This document shows positions 22,611 to 37,600 of a DNA stretch of 64,000 nt, in pieces. This DNA is from Eledone cirrhosa (taxonomy: Eukaryota). The DNA is taken from contig OZ024744.1 of NCBI GenBank assembly GCA_964016885.1, positions 114,204,001 to 114,268,000 on the forward strand. Direction: 5' to 3'. Made by a program: the position numbers and the translations under genes. The notes under the pieces are model-generated. The model ran no database searches. It saw nothing but the letters and a program-made list of their open reading frames with translations, and was not told the origin of the DNA. How positions within the stretch are numbered: position 1 is the stretch's first letter; each line of letters begins with the position of its first letter.

Positions 22611-25600
22611 GAATTGAGAGGTCACAACTCTGATACTATGGACATGTGGTTAGAATGTCTCAGGAAAGAATCTCTGAATTGAGAGATCACAACTCTGATA
22701 CTATGGACATGTGGTTAGAATGTCTCAGGAAAGAATCTCTGAATTGAGAGATCACAGCTCTGATGCTATGTACATGGGGTTAGAATGTCTCAGGAAAGAA
22801 TCTCTGAATTGAGAGATCACAGCTCTGATGCTATGTACATGGGGTTAGAATGCCTCAGGAAAGAATCTCTGTATTGAGAGATCACAGCTCTGATACTATG
22901 GATATGTGGTTAGAATGTCTCAGGAAAGAATCTCTGAATTGAGAGATCACAGATTTGATACTATGTACATGTGGTTAGAATGTCTCAGGAAAGAATCTCT
23001 GAATTGAGAGATCACAGCACTGATACTATGGACATGTGGTTAGAATATCTCAGGAAAGAATCTCTGTATTGAGAGATCACAGCTCTGATACTACAGACAT
23101 GGGGTTAGAATGATGTCAGGAAAGAATCTCTGAATTGAGAGATCACAGCTCTGATACTACAGATATGTGGTTAGAATATCTCAGGAAAGAATCTCTGAAT
23201 TGAGAGATCACAGCTCTGATACTATGACATGTGGTTAGAATGTCTCAGGAAAGAATCTCTGAATTGAGAGATCACAGCTCTGATACTATGTACATGTGGT
23301 TAGAATGTCTCAGAAAAGAATCTCTGAATTGAGAGATCACAGCTCTGATACTATGTACATGTGGTTAGAATGTCTCAGGAAAGAATCTCTGAATTGAGAG
23401 ATCACAGCTCTGATACTATGTATATGTGGTTAGAATGTCTCAGGAAAGAATCTCTGAATTGAGAGATCACAGCTCTGATACTACAGACATCTGGTTAGAA
23501 TGTCTCAGGAAAGAATCTCTGAATTGAGAGATCACAGCTCTGATACTACAGACATGTGGTTAGAATGTCTCAGGAAAGAATCTCTGAATTGAGAGATCAC
23601 AGCTCTGACACTATGGACATGTGGTTAGAATGTCTCAGGAAAGAATCTCTGAATTGAGAGATCACAGCTTTGATACTATGTACATGTGGTTAGAATGTCT
23701 CAGGAAAGAATCTTTGAATTGAGAGATCACAGCACTGACACTATGGACATGTGGTTAGAGTGTCTCAGGAAAGAATCTCTGAATTGAGAGATCACAGCAC
23801 TGATACTATGGACATGTGGTTAGAATGTCTCAGGAAAGAATCTGTGTATTGAGAGATCACAGCTCTGATACTATGACATGTGGTTAGAATGTCTCAGGAA
23901 AGAATCTCTGAATTGAGATATCACAGCTCTGATACTATGGACATGTGGTTAGAATGTCTCAGGAAAGAATCTCTGTATTGAGAGATACTATGACATGTGG
24001 TTAGAATATCTCAGGCAAGAAACTCTGAATTGAGAGATCACAGCTCTGATACTACAAACATGTGGTTAGAATGTCTCAGGAAAGAATCTCTGAATTGAGA
24101 GATCACAGCTCTGATACTATGTACGTGTGGTTAGAATTTCTCAGGAAAGAATCTCTGAATTGAGAGATCACAGCTTTGATACTATGTACATGTGGTTAGA
24201 ATGTCTCAGGAAAGAATCTCTGTATTGAGAGATCACAGCTCTGATACTATGACATGTGGTTAGAATGTCTCAGGAAAGAATCTCTGAATTGAGATATCAC
24301 AGCCCTGATACTATGGACATGTGGTTAGAATGTCTCAGGAAAGAATCTCTGAATTGAGATATCACAGCTCTGATACTATGGACATGTGGTTAGAATGTCT
24401 CAGGAAAGAATCTCTGTATTGAGAGATCACAGCTCTGATACTATGTACATGTGGTTAGAATGTCTCAGGAAAGAATCTCTGAATTGAGAGATCACAGCTT
24501 TGATACTATGTACATGTGGTTAGAATGTCTCAGGAAAGAATCTCTGAATTGAGAGATCACAGCTCTGACACTATGGACATGTGGTTAGAATGTCTCAGGA
24601 AAGAATCTCTGAATTGAGAGATCACAGCTTTGATACTATGTACATGTGGTTAGAATGTCTCAGGAAAGAATCTTTGAATTGAGAGATCACAGCACTGACA
24701 CTATGGACATGTGGTTAGAGTGTCTCAGGAAAGAATCTCTGAATTGAGAGATCACAGCACTGATACTATGGACATGTGGTTAGAATGTCTCAGGAAAGAA
24801 TCTGTGTATTGAGAGATCACAGCTCTGATACTATGACATGTGGTTAGAATGTCTCAGGAAAGAATCTCTGAATTGAGATATCACAGCTCTGATACTATGG
24901 ACATGTGGTTAGAATGTCTCAGGAAAGAATCTCTGTATTGAGAGATACTATGACATGTGGTTAGAATATCTCAGGCAAGAAACTCTGAATTGAGAGATCA
25001 CAGCTCTGATACTACAAACATGTGGTTAGAATGTCTCAGGAAAGAATCACTGAATTGAAAGATCACAGCTCTGATACTATGGACATGTGGTTAGAATGTC
25101 CCAGGAAAGAATCTCTGAATTGAGAGGTCACAGTTCTGATACTACAGATATGTGGTTAGAATGTCTCAGGAAAGAATCACTGAATTGAGAGATCACAGCT
25201 CTGATACTATGGACATGTGGTTAGAATGTCTCAGGAAAGAATCTCTGTATTGAGAGATCACAGCTCTGATACTATGTACATGTGGTTAGAATGTCTCAGG
25301 AAAGAATCTCTGAATTGAGAGATCACAGCTTTGATACTATGTACATGTGGTTAGAATGTCTCAGGAAAGAATCTCTGAATTGAGAGATCACAGCTCTGAT
25401 ACTATGGACATGTGGTTAGAATGTCTCAGGAAAGAATCTCTGAATTGAGAGATCACAGCTCTGATACTATAGATATGTGGTTAGAATGTCTCAGGAAAGA
25501 ATCACTGAATTGAGAGATCACAGCTCTGATACTATGGACATGTGGTTAGAATGTCCCAGGAAAGAATCTCTGAATTGAGAGGTCACAGTTCTGATACTAC

Positions 25601-28600
25601 AGATATGTGGTTAGAATGTCTCAGGAAAGAATCTCTGAGTTGAGAGGTCAGAGCTCTGATACTATGGACATGGGGTTAGAATGTCTCAGGAAAGAATCTC
25701 TGAATTGAGAGATCACAGCTCTGATACTATGACATGTGGTTAGAATGTCTCAGGAAAGAATCTCTGTATTGAGAGATCACAGCTCTGATACTATGACATG
25801 TGGTTAGAATATCTCAGGCAAGAAACTCTGAATTGAGAGATCACAACTCTGATACTACAAACATGTGGTTAGAATGTCTCAGGAAAGAATCTCTGAATTG
25901 AGAGATCACAGCTCTGATACTATGTACATGTGGTTAGAATGTCTCAGGAAAGAATCTGTGTATTGAGAGATCACAGCTCTGATACTATGACATGTGGTTA
26001 GAATGTCTCAGGAAAGAATCTCTGAATTGAGATATCACAGCTCTGATACTATGGACATGTGTTTAGAATGTCTCAGGAAAGAATCTCTGTATTGAGAGAT
26101 CACAGCTCTGATACTATGACATGTGGTTAGAATATCTCAGGCAAGAAACTCTGAATTGAGAGATCACAGCTCTGATACTACAAACATGTGGTTAGAATGT
26201 CTCAGGAAAAAATCTCTGAATTGAGAGATCACAGCTCTGACACTATGTACATGTGGTTAGAATGTCTCAGAAAAGAATCTCTGAATTGAGAGATCACAGC
26301 TCTCTCTAATACTATGTACATGTGGTTAGAATGTCTCAGGAAAGAATCTCTGAATTGAGAGATCACAGCTCTGATACTATGACATGTGGTTAGAATGTCT
26401 CAGGAAAGAATCTCTGAATTGAGAGATCACAGCTCTGATACTACAGACATGTGGTTAGAATGTCTCAGGAAAGAATCTCTGAATTGAGATATCACAGCTC
26501 TGACACTATGGACATGTGGTTAGAATGTCTCAGGAAAGAATCTCTGAATTGAGAGATCACAGCTTTGATACTATGTACATGTGGTTAGAATGTCTCAGGA
26601 AAGAATCTTTGAATTGAGAGATCACAGCTCTGACACTATGGACATGTGGTTAGAGTGTCTCAGGAAAGAATCTCTGAATTGAGAGATCACAGCACTGATA
26701 CTATGGACATGTGGTTAAAATATCTCAGGAAAGAAACTCTGAATTGAGAGATCACAGCTCTGATACTACAAACATGTGGTTAGAATGTCTCAGGAAAGAA
26801 TCTCTGAATTGAGAGATCACAAGCTCTGATACTATGTACATGTGGCTAGAATGTCTCAGGAAAGAATCTGTGTATTGAGAGATCACAGATCTGATACTAT
26901 GACATGTGGTTAGAATGTCTCAGGAAAGAATCTCTGAATTGAGATATCACAGCTCTGATACTATGGACATGTGGTTAGAATGTCTCAGGAAAGAATCTCT
27001 GTATTGAGAGATCACAGCTCTGATACTATGACATGTGGTTAGAATATCTCAGGCAAGAAACTCTGAATTGAGAGATCACAGCTCTAATACTACAAACATG
27101 TGGTTAGAATGTCTCAGGAAAGAATCTCTGAATTGAGAGATCACAGCTCTGATACTATGTACATGTGGTTAGAATTTCTCAGGAAAGAATCTCTGAATTG
27201 AGAGATCACAGCTTTGATACTATGTACATGTGGTTAGAATGTCTTAGGAAAGAATCTCTGAATTGAGAGATCACAGCTCTGATACTATGGACATGTGGTT
27301 AGAATGTCTCAGGAAAGAATCTCTGAATTGAGATATCACAGCTCTGATACTATGGACATGTGGTTAGAATGTCTCAGGAAAGAATCTCTGAATTGAGAGA
27401 TCACAGCTCTGATACTACAGACATGTGGTTAGAATGTCTCAGGAAAGAATCTCTGAATTGAGAGATCACAGCTCTGATGCTATGTACATGGGGTTAGAAT
27501 GTCTCAGGAAAGAATCTCTGAATTGAGAGATCACAGCTCTGATGCTATGTACATGGGGTTAGAATGCCTCAGGAAAGAATCTCTGTATTGAGAGATCACA
27601 GCTCTGATACTATGGATATGTGGTTAGAATGTCTCAGGAAAGAATCTCTGAATTGAGAGATCACAGCTTTGATACTATGTACATGTGGTTAGAATGTCTA
27701 AGGAAAGAATCTCTGAATTGAGAGATCACAGCTCTGATACTATGGACATGTGGTTAGAATATCTCAGGAAAGAATCTCTTTATTGAGAGATCACAGCTCT
27801 GATACTACAGACATGGGGTTAGAATGATGTCAGGAAAGAATCTCTGAATTGAGAGATCACAGCTCTGATACTACAGATATGTGGTTAGAATATCTCAGGA
27901 AAGAATCTATGAATTGAGAGATCACAGCTCTGATACTATGACATGTGGTTAGAATGTCTCAGGAAAGAATCTCTGAATTGAGAGATCACAGCTCTGATAC
28001 TATGTACATGTGGTTAGAATGTCTCAGAAAAGAATCTCTGAATTGAGAGATCACAGCTCTGATACTATGTACATGTGGTTAGAATGTCTCAGGAAAGAAT
28101 CTCTGAATTGAGAGATCACAGCTCTGATACTATGACATGTGGTTAGAATGTCTCAGGAAAGAATCTCTGAATTGAGAGATCACAGCTCTGATACTACAGA
28201 CATGTGGTTAGAATGTCTCAGGAAAGAATCTCTGAATTGAGAGATCACAGCTCTGATACTACAGACATGTGGTTAGAATGTCTCAGGAAAGAATCTCTGA
28301 ATTGAGATATCACAGCTCTGATACTATGGACATGTGGTTAGAATGTCTCAGGAAAGAATCTCTGTATTGAGAGATACTATGACATGTGGTTAGAATATCT
28401 CAGGCAAGAAACTCTGAATTGAGAGATCACAGCTCTGATACTACAAACATGTGGTTAGAATGTCTCAGGAAAGAATCTCTGAATTGAGAGATCACAGCTC
28501 TGATACTATGTACGTGGGGTTAGAATGTCTCAGGAAAGAATCTCTGAATTGAGAGATCACAGCACTGATACTATGGACATGTGGTTAAAATATCTCAGGA

Positions 28601-31600
28601 AAGAAACTCTGAATTGAGAGATCACAGCTCTGATACTACAAACATGTGGTTAGAATGTCTCAGGAAAGAATCTCTGAATTGAGAGATCACAAGCTCTGAT
28701 ACTATGTACATGTGGTTAGAATGTCTCAGGAAAGAATCTGTGTATTGAGAGATCACAGCTCTGATACTATGACATGTGGTTAGAATGTCTCAGGAAAGAA
28801 TCTCTGAATTGAGATATCACAGCTCTGATACTATGGACATGTGGTTAGAATGTCTCAGGAAAGAATCTCTGTATTGAGAGATACTATGACATGTGGTTAG
28901 AATATCTCAGGCAAGAAACTCTGAATTGAGAGATCACAGCTCTGATACTACAAACATGTGGTTAGAATGTCTCAGGAAAGAATCTCTGAATTGAGAGATC
29001 ACAGCTCTGATACTATGTACATGTGGTTAGAATTTCTCAGGAAAGAATCTCTGAATTGAGAGATCACAGCTTTGATACTATGTACATGTGGTTAGAATGT
29101 CTCAGGAAAGAATCTCTGTATTGAGAGATCACAGCTCTGATACTATGACATGTGGTTAGAATGTCTCAGGAAAGAATCTCTGAATTGAGATATCACAGCT
29201 CTGATACTATGGACATGTGGTTAGAATGTCTCAGGAAAGAATCTCTGAATTGAGATATCACAGCTCTGATACTATGGACATGTGGTTAGAATGTCTCAGG
29301 AAAGAATCTCTGTATTGAGAGATCACAGCTCTGATACTATGTACATGTGGTTAGAATGTCTCAGGAAAGAATCTCTGAATTGAGAGATCACAGCTTTGAT
29401 ACTATGTACATGTGGTTAGAATGTCTCAGGAAAGAATCTCTGAATTGAGAGATCACAGCTCTGATACTATGGACATGTGGTTAGAATGTCTCAGGAAAGA
29501 ATCTCTGAATTGAGAGATCACAGCTCTGATACTACAGATATGTGGTTAGAATGTCTCAGGAAAGAATCACTGAATTGAGAGATCACAGCTCTGATACTAT
29601 GGACATGTGGTTAGAATGTCCCAGGAAAGAATCTCTGAATTGAGAGGTCACAGTTCTGATACTACAGATATGTGGTTAGAATGTCTCAGGAAAGAATCAC
29701 TGAATTGAGAGATCACAGCTCTGATACTATGGACATGTGGTTAGAATGTCTCAGGAAAGAATCTCTGTATTGAGAGATCACAGCTCTGATACTATGTACA
29801 TGTGGTTAGAATGTCTCAGCAAAGAACCTCTGAATTGAGAGATCACAGCTTTGATACTATGTACATGTGGTTAGAATGTCTCAGGAAAGAATCTCTGAAT
29901 TGAGAGATCACAGCTCTGATACTATGGACATGTGGTTAGAATGTCTCAGGAAAGAATCTCTGAATTGAGAGATCACAGCTCTGATACTATAGATATGTGG
30001 TTAGAATGACTCAGGAAAGAATCACTGAATTGAGAGATCACAGCTCTGATACTATGGACATGTGGTTAGAATGTCCCAGGAAAGAATCTCTGAATTGAGA
30101 GGTCACAGTTCTGATACTACAGATATGTGGTTAGAATGTCTCAGGAAAGAATCACTGAATTGAGAGATCACAGCTCTGATACTATGGACATGTGGTTAGA
30201 ATGTCTCAGGAAAGAATCTCTGAATTGAGAGGTCACAGCTCTGATACTATGGACATGTGGTTAGAATGTCTCAGGAAAGAATCTCTGAATTGAGAGATCA
30301 CAGCTCTGATACTATGACATGTGGTTAGAATGTCTCAGGAAAGAATCTCTGTATTGAGAGATCACAGCTCTGATACTATGACATGTGGTTAGAATATCTC
30401 AGGCAAGAAACTCTGAATTGAGAGATCACAGCTCTGATACTACAGACATGTGGTTAGAATGTCTCAGGAAAGAATCTCTGAATTGAGAGATCACAGCTCT
30501 GATACTATGTACATGTGGTTAGAATGTCTCAGGAAAGAATCTGTGTATTGAGAGATCACAGCTCTGATACTATGACATGTGGTTAGAATGTCTCAGGAAA
30601 GAATCTCTGAATTGAGATATCACAGCTCTGATACTATGGACATGTGTTTAGAATGTCTCAGGAAAGAATCTCTGTATTGAGAGATCACAGCTCTAATACT
30701 ATGACATGTGGTTAGAATATCTCAGGCAAGAAACTCTGAATTGAGAGATCACAGCTCTGATACTACAAACATGTGGTTAGAATGTCTAAGGAAAGAATCT
30801 CTGAATTGAGAGATCACAGCTCTGACACTATGTACATGTGGTTAGAATGTCTCAGAAAAGAATCTCTGAATTGAGAGATCACAGCTCTCTCTAATACTAT
30901 GTACATGTGGTTAGAATGTCTCAGGAAAGAATCTCTGAATTGAGAGATGACAGCTCTGATACTATGACATGTGGTTAGAATGTCTCAGGAAAGAATCTCT
31001 GAATTGAGAGATCACAGCTCTGATACTACAGACATGTGGTTAGAATGTCTCAGGAAAGAATCTCTGAATTGAGAGATCACAGCTCTGATACTACAGACAT
31101 GTGGTTAGAATGTCTCAGGAAAGAATCTCTGAATTGAGAGATCACAGCTCTTACACTATGGACATGTGGTTAGAATGTCTCAGGAAAGAATCTCTGAATT
31201 GAGAGATCACAGATTTGATACTATGTACATGTGGTTAGAATGTCTCAGGAAAGAATCTTTGAATTGAGAGATCACAGCTCTGAAACTATGGACATGTGGT
31301 TAGAGTGTCTCAGGAAAGAATCTCTGAATTGAGAGATCACAGCACTGATACTATGGACATGTGGTTAAAATATCTCAGGAAACAAACTCTGAATTGAGAG
31401 ATCACAGCACTGATACTACAAACATGTGGTTAGAATGTCTCAGGAAAGAATCTCTGAATTGAGAGATCACAAGCTCTGATACTATGTACATGTGGTTAGA
31501 ATGTCTCAGGAAAGAATCTGTGTATTGAGAGATCACAGCTCTGATACTATGACATGTGGTTAGAATGTCTCAGGAAAGAATCTCTGAATTGAGATATCAC

Positions 31601-34600
31601 AGCTCTGATACTATGGACATGTGGTTAGAATGTCTCAGGAAAGAATCTCTGTATTGAGAGATCACAGCTCTGATACTATGACATGTGGTTAGAATATCTC
31701 AGGCAAGAAACTCTGAATTGAGAGATCACAGCTCTGATACTATGTACATGTGGTTAGAATTTCTCAGGAAAGAATCTCTGAATTGAGAGATCACAGCTTT
31801 GATACTATGTACATGTGGTTAGAATGTCTCAGGAAAGAATCTCTGAATTGAGAGATCACAGCTCTGATACTATGGACATGTGGTTAGAATGTCTCAGGAA
31901 AGAATCTCTGAATTGAGAGATCACAGCTCTGATACTATGACATGTGGTTAGAATGTCTCAGGAAAGAATCTCTGAATTGAGATATCACAGCTCTGATACT
32001 ATGGACATGTGGTTAGAATGTCTCAGGAAAGAATCTCTGAATTGAGATATCACAGCTCTGATACTATGGACATGTGGTTAGAATGTCTCAGGAAAGAATC
32101 TCTGTATTGAGAGATCACAGCTCTGATACTATGGACATGTGGTTAGAATGTCTCAGGAAAGAATCTCTGAATTGAGAGATCACAGCTCTGATACTACAGA
32201 TATGTGGTTAGAATGTCTCAGGAAAGAATCACTGAATTGAGAGATCACAGCTCTGATACTATGGACATGTGGTTAGAATGTCCCAGGAAAGAATCTCTGT
32301 ATTGAGAGATCACAGCTCTGATAATATGTACATGTGGTTAGAATGTCTCAGGAAAGAATCTCTGAATTGAGAGATCACAGCTTTGATACTATGTACATGT
32401 GGTTAGAATGTCTCAGGAAAGAATCTCTGAATTGAGAGATCACAGCTCTGATACTATGGACATGTGGTTAGAATGTCTCAGGAAAGAATCTCTGAATTGA
32501 GAGATCACAGCTCTGATACTACAGATATGTGGTTAGAATGTCTCAGGAAAGAATCACTGAATTGAGAGATCACAGCTCTGATACTATGGACATGTGGTTA
32601 GAATGTCCCAGGAAAGAATCTCTGAATTGAGAGGTCACAGTTCTGATACTACAGATATGTGGTTAGAATGTCTCAGGAAAGAATCACTGAATTGAGAGAT
32701 CACAGCTCTGATACTATGGACATGTGGTTAGAATGTCTCAGGAAAGAATCTCTGTATTGAGAGATCACAGCTCTGATACTATGTACATGTGGTTAGAATG
32801 TCTCAGCAAAGAACCTCTGAATTGAGAGATCACAGCTTTGATACTATGTACATGTGGTTAGAATGTCTCAGGAAAGAATCTCTGAATTGAGAGATCACAG
32901 CTCTGATACTATGGACATGTGGTTAGAATGTCTCAGGAAAGAATCTCTGAATTGAGAGATCACAGCTCTGATACTATAGATATGTGGTTAGAATGTCTCA
33001 GGAAAGAATCACTGAATTGAGAGATCACAGCTCTGATACTATGGACATGTGGTTAGAATGTCCCAGGAAAGAATCTCTGAATTGAGAGGTCACAGTTCTG
33101 ATACTACAGATATGTGGTTAGAATGTCTCAGGAAAGAATCACTGAATTGAGAGATCACAGCTCTGATACTATGGACATGTGGTTAGAATGTCTCAGGAAA
33201 GAATCTCTGAATTGAGAGGTCACAGCTCTGATACTATGGACATGGGGTTAGAATGTCTCAGGAAAGAATCTCTGAATTGAGAGATCACAGCTCTGATACT
33301 ATGACATGTGGTTAGAATGTCTCAGGAAAGAATCTCTGTATTGAGAGATCACACTCTGATACTATGACATGTGGTTAGAATATCTCAGGCAAGAAACTCT
33401 GAATTGAGAGATCACAGCTCTGATACTACAGACATGTGGTTAGAATGTCTCAGGAAAGAATCTCTGAATTGAGAGATCACAGCTCTGATACTATGTACAT
33501 GTGGTTAGAATGTCTCAGGAAAGAATCTGTGTATTGAGAGATCACAGCTCTGATACTATGACATGTGGTTAGAATGTCTCAGGAAAGAATCTCTGAATTG
33601 AGATATCACAGCTCTGATACTATGGACATGTGTTTAGAATGTCTCAGGAAAGAATCTCTGTATTGAGAGATCACAGCTCTAATACTATGACATGTGGTTA
33701 GAATATCTCAGGCAAGAAACTCTGAATTGAGAGATCACAGCTCTGATACTACAAACATGTGGTTAGAATGTCTCAGGAAAGAATCTCTGAATTGAGAGAT
33801 CACAGCTCTGACACTATGTACATGTGGTTAGAATGTCTCAGAAAAGAATCTCTGAATTGAGAGATCACAGCTCTCTCTAATACTATGTACATGTGGTTAG
33901 AATGTCTCAGGAAAGAATCTCTGAATTGAGAGATGACAGCTCTGATACTATGACATGTGGTTAGAATGTCTCAGGAAAGAATCTCTGAATTGAGAGATCA
34001 CAGCTCTGATACTACAGACATGTGGTTAGAATGTCTCAGGAAAGAATCTCTGAATTGAGAGATCACAGCTCTGATACTACAGACATGTGGTTAGAATGTC
34101 TCAGGAAAGAATCTCTGAATTGAGAGATCACAGCTCTGACACTATGGACATGTGGTTAGAATGTCTCAGGAAAGAATCTCTGAATTGAGAGATCACAGAT
34201 TTGATACTATGTACATGTGGTTAGAATGTCTCAGGAAAGAATCTTTGAATTGAGAGATCACAGCTCTGAAACTATGGACATGTGGTTAGAGTGTCTCAGG
34301 AAAGAATCTCTGAATTGAGAGATCACAGCACTGATACTATGGACATGTGGTTAAAATATCTCAGGAAAGAAACTCTGAATTGAGAGATCACAGCACTGAT
34401 ACTACAAACATGTGGTTAGAATGTCTCAGGAAAGAATCTCTGAATTGAGAGATCACAAGCTCTGATACTATGTACATGTGGTTAGAATGTCTCAGGAAAG
34501 AATCTGTGTATTGAGAGATCACAGCTCTGATACTATGACATGTGGTTAGAATGTCTCAGGAAAGAATCTCTGAATTGAGATATCACAGCTCTGATACTAT

Positions 34601-37600
34601 GGACATGTGGTTAGAATGTCTCAGGAAAGAATCTCTGTATTGAGAGATCACAGCTCTGATACTATGACATGTGGTTAGAATATCTCAGGCAAGAAACTCT
34701 GAATTGAGAGATCACAGCTCTGATACTATGTACATGTGGTTAGAATTTCTCAGGAAAGAATCTCTGAATTGAGAGATCACAGCTTTGATACTATGTACAT
34801 GTGGTTAGAATGTCTCAGGAAAGAATCTCTGAATTGAGAGATCACAGCTCTGATACTATGGACATGTGGTTAGAATGTCTCAGGAAAGAATCTCTGAATT
34901 GAGATATCACAGCTCTGATACTATGGACATGTGGTTAGAATGTCTCAGGAAAGAATCTCTGTATTGAGAGATCACAGCTCTGATACTATGTACATGTGGT
35001 TAGAATGTCTCAGGAAAGAATCTCTGAATTGAGAGATCACAGCTTTGATACTATGTACATGTGGTTAGAATGTCTCAGGAAAGAATCTCTGAATTGAGAG
35101 ATCACAGCTCTGATACTATGGACATGTGGTTATAATGTCTCAGGAAAGAATCTCTGAATTGAGAGATCACAGCTCTGATACTATGGACATGTGGTTAGAA
35201 TGTCCCAGGAAAGAATCTCTGAATTGAGAGGTCACAGTTCTGATACTACAGATATGTGGTTAGAATGTCTCAGGAAAGAATCACTGAATTGAGAGATCTC
35301 AGCTCTGATACTATGTACATGTGGTTAGAATGTCTCAGGAAAGAATCTGTGTATTGAGAGATCACAGCTCTGATACTATGACATGTGGTTAGAATGTCTC
35401 AGGAAAGAATCTCTGAATTGAGATATCACAGCTCTGATACTATGGACATGTGTTTAGAATGTCTCAGGAAAGAATCTCTGTATTGAGAGATCACAGCTCT
35501 GATACTATGACATGTGGTTAGAATATCTCAGGCAAGAAACTCTGAATTGAGAGATCACAGCTCTGATACTACAAACATGTGGTTAGAATGTCTCAGGAAA
35601 GAATCTCTGAATTGAGAGATCACAGCTTTGATACTATGTACTGTGGTTAGTATTTCTCAGGAAAGAATCTCTGAATTGAGAGATCACAGCTTTGATACTA
35701 TGTACATGTGGTTAGAATGTCTCAGGAAAGAATCTCTGTATTGAGAGATCACAGCTCTGATACTATGACATGTGGTTAGAATGTCTCAGGAAAGAATCTC
35801 TGAATTGAGATATCACAGCTCTGATACTATGGACATGTGGTTAGAATGTCTCAGGAAAGAATCTCTGAATTGAGATATCACAGCTCTGATACTATGGACA
35901 TGTGGGTAGAATGTCTCAGGAAAGAATCTCTGTATTGAGAGATCACAGCTCTGATACTATGTACATGTGGTTAGAATGTCTCAGGAAAGAATCTCTGAAT
36001 TGAGAGATCACAGCTTTGATACTATGTACATGTGGTTAGAATGTCTCAGGAAAGAATCTCTGAATTGAGAGATCACAGCTCTGATACTATGGAAATGTGG
36101 TTAGAATGTCTCAGGAAAGAATCTCTGAATTGAGAGATCACAGCTCTGATACTACAGATATTTGGTTAGAATGTCTCAGGAAAGAATCTCTGAATTGAGA
36201 TATCACAGCTCTGATACTATGGACATGTGGTTAGAATGTCTCAGGAAAGAATCTCTGAATTGAGAGATCACAGCTCTGATACTATGGACATGTGGTTAGA
36301 ATGTCTCAGGAAAGAATCTCTGAATTGAGAGATCACAGCTTTGATACTATGTACATGTGGTTAGAATGTCTCAGGAAAGAATCTCTGAATTGAGAGATCA
36401 CAGCTCTGATACTATGGACATGTGGTTAGAATGTCTCAGGAAAGAATCTCTGAATTGAGAGATCACAGCTCTGATACTACAGATATGTGGTTAGAATGTC
36501 TCAGGAAAGAATCTCTGAATTGAGAGGTCACAGTTCTGATACTACAGATATGTGGTTAGAATGTCTCAGGAAAGAATCACTGAATTGAGAGATCACAGCT
36601 CTGATACTATGGACATGTGGTTAGAATGTCTCAGGAAAGAATCTCTGAATTGAGAGGTCACAGCTCTGATACTATGGACATGGGGTTAGAATGTCTGAGG
36701 AAAGAATCTCTGAATTGAGAGATCACAGCTCTGATACTATGACATGTGGTTAGAATGTCTCAGGAAAGAATCTCTGTATTGAGAGATCACAGCTCTGATA
36801 CTATGACATGTGGTTAGAATATCTCAGGCAAGAAACTCTGAATTGAGAGATCACAGCTCTGATACTACAAACATGTGGTTAGAATGTCTCAGGAAAGAAT
36901 CTCTGAATTGAGAGATCACAGCTCTGATACTATGTACATGTGGTTAGAATGTCTCAGGAAAGAATCTGTGTATTGAGAGATCACAGCTCTGATACTATGA
37001 CATGTGGTTAGAATGTCTCAGGAAAGAATCTCTGAATTGAGATATCACAGCTCTGATACTATGGACATGTGTTTAGAATGTCTCAGGAAAGAATCTCTGT
37101 ATTGAGAGATCACAGCTCTGATACTATGACATGTGGTTAGAATATCTCAGGCAAGAAACTCTGAATTGAGAGATCACAGCTCTGATACTATGACATGTGG
37201 TTAGAATGTCTCAGGAAAGAATCTCTGAATTGAGAGATCACAGCTCTGATACTACAAACATGTGGTTAGAATGTCTCAGGAAAGAATCTCTGAATTGAGA
37301 GATCACAGCTCTGATACTATGTACATGTGGTTAGAATTTCTCAGGAAAGAATCTCTGAATTGAGAGATCACAGCTTTGATACTATGTACATGTGGTTAGA
37401 ATGTCTCAGGAAAGAATCTCTGTATTGAGAGATCACAGCTCTGATACTATGACATGTGGTTAGAATGTCTCAGGAAAGAATCTCTGAATTGAGATATCAC
37501 AGCTCTGATACTATGGACATGTGGTTAGAATGTCTCAGGAAAGAATCTCTGAATTGAGATATCACAGCTCTGATACTATGGACATGTGGTTAGAATGTCT